A stretch of 61,622 bases of DNA, filler included. It is 10 parts of 10 records of this genome, joined end to end, with 100 filler letters (N's around TTAATTAATTAA, not from the genome) between each part and the next. Parts side by side here need not be neighbours in the genome. Positions count along the whole stretch, not along the records: positions 55,242 to 61,622 come from SRR31147125_101466; 9 more parts are not named here. One strand, given 5' to 3'. The notes beneath the pieces were generated by a model. That model worked only from the letters and a program-made list of their open reading frames with translations, was not told the DNA's origin and did not search any database. This document shows, piece after piece, positions 60,781 through 61,622 of this stretch (positions are counted from its first letter, which is position 1; each line of letters begins with the position of its first letter). The position numbers and the translations under genes were made by a program.

Positions 60781-61622
60781 ATGCGATCACATGTCACAAC
60801 CGTTGTTCTGGTTTTTATGAGTTTAATCATTTTATCCTGTAGCACGAATGAAGATGAAAATCTGCTTACATCAATCAAAATTAGTGGTGGCAATTTTCAA
60901 AGTGGCTTTCATGGAGAGAATCTTGATGAATTACAGGTAACATTGCTCAATCAGGATAACTTGCCTCTGAAAGATGTGGAGGTAGAGTTCCGTCTGCTAG
61001 ATTCGACAGGCATGAGTAGCGCGACTGACATCAAGCTCGGTTCTACAATGGCTACAAGCGATGAAAATGGTATTGCCAAAACCTCGCTTACGATAGGCAC
61101 AAAAATTGGGATGGCAATCATCGAGGCGCAGGACAAAAATCATTTGTTGCCGCCGGTAATTTTCCGTGCTTTCGCATATCATGAAGTAGACGATACCCAT
61201 AAGCCGCTTTGCATTCTGGAGATAAACGATTTTCATATGCGTTTGCTGCCATTGCAAAAGGGCAGTTTATCAATAGGCGGGATTGCAAGAATAGCGACAA
61301 TTTTTAAGGAAATCCGTAAAAACAACGACAAAAAGGGTATTCCCACTTTGATCGTAAATTCCGGAGATGATTTCGAGAACACGTTTTTCCATAATATAGA
61401 CAACGGAATTTCGACTTTGTATCAGATTTATGATTCAATCGGAGTTGATGTTATTCAGGTCGGTAATCATGATTATCATTTTGGAATTCCACTTCTTGAA
61501 ACGGAAATAACTAAAGCCGAAGCAAAATTCACTGGAGCTTTGCAAGGACATAAACCGTTGTTTTTGTGGGGCAATGTCGATCCTTCGACTCTTTTCGATG
61601 ATTACAAAAAATACGCAACGAG
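60781..61622 (+). CDS. lipoprotein with Ig-like domain and 5'-nucleotidase-type metallophosphoesterase (partial)
   Basis: Not in the ORF track because it has no stop. GAGGTG RBS, ILSC lipobox, SDENGIA Ig-like motif, then INDFH, GGIARIAT, NSGD and GNHDYHFG. Confidence 0.82.
   Translation, partial: MRSHVTTVVLVFMSLIILSCSTNEDENLLTSIKISGGNFQSGFHGENLDELQVTLLNQDNLPLKDVEVEFRLLDSTGMSSATDIKLGSTMATSDENGIAKTSLTIGTKIGMAIIEAQDKNHLLPPVIFRAFAYHEVDDTHKPLCILEINDFHMRLLPLQKGSLSIGGIARIATIFKEIRKNNDKKGIPTLIVNSGDDFENTFFHNIDNGISTLYQIYDSIGVDVIQVGNHDYHFGIPLLETEITKAEAKFTGALQGHKPLFLWGNVDPSTLFDDYKKYAT

Overview
This window is not one genomic locus. It is ten unrelated contigs of about 5-8 kb, joined by nine artificial 100-nt spacers (N44-TTAATTAATTAA-N44). 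Many genes carry single-base frameshifts, mostly in homopolymer runs, which look like sequencing errors. (1) 1-7738, Clostridia-like: LysM protein, nadABC, amino-acid permease, sbcDC. (2) 7839-13145, surface-polysaccharide locus: a four-helix-bundle gene set in heptamer repeats, a RAYT-like transposase remnant, manC, flippase and O-antigen polymerase/ligase. (3) 13246-19641, part of a bacterial microcompartment locus (GlcG/DUF336, divergent BMC shell protein, PduS, PduT), plus a flavoprotein-SRPBCC/SDR pair. (4) 19742-25130: permuted papain-like amidase, glycosyltransferase, an enlarged orphan ectoine-synthase-like cupin, a MITE-like element and a solute-binding protein. (5) 25231-32491, Bacteroidota-like: membrane AraC regulator and a zinc-ribbon/AIM24 operon. 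(6) 32592-37704: ABC ATPase, FtsX-type permease and AttH-like protein. (7) 37805-42832: Clostridia-like housekeeping genes and ArsR. (8) 42933-49874, Desulfuromonadales-like: glmU-glmS, B12 radical SAM, REC-PilZ-GAF protein. (9) 49975-55141: C-terminal part of a large Avs/STAND-like protein, a truncated DUF2971 gene, PflX-like radical SAM and a spermidine-synthase-like membrane protein. (10) 55242-61622: VIT-VWA and GltG-like proteins with AgmX/TonB C-terminal domains, NUDIX, PK-C-like protein and a 5'-nucleotidase-like lipoprotein. The best candidates for novelty are the orphan EctC-like enzyme, the repeat-flanked four-helix-bundle/RAYT-end cassette structure, and the zinc-ribbon operon. All family and taxon calls are from motif recognition by eye; no database searches were run.
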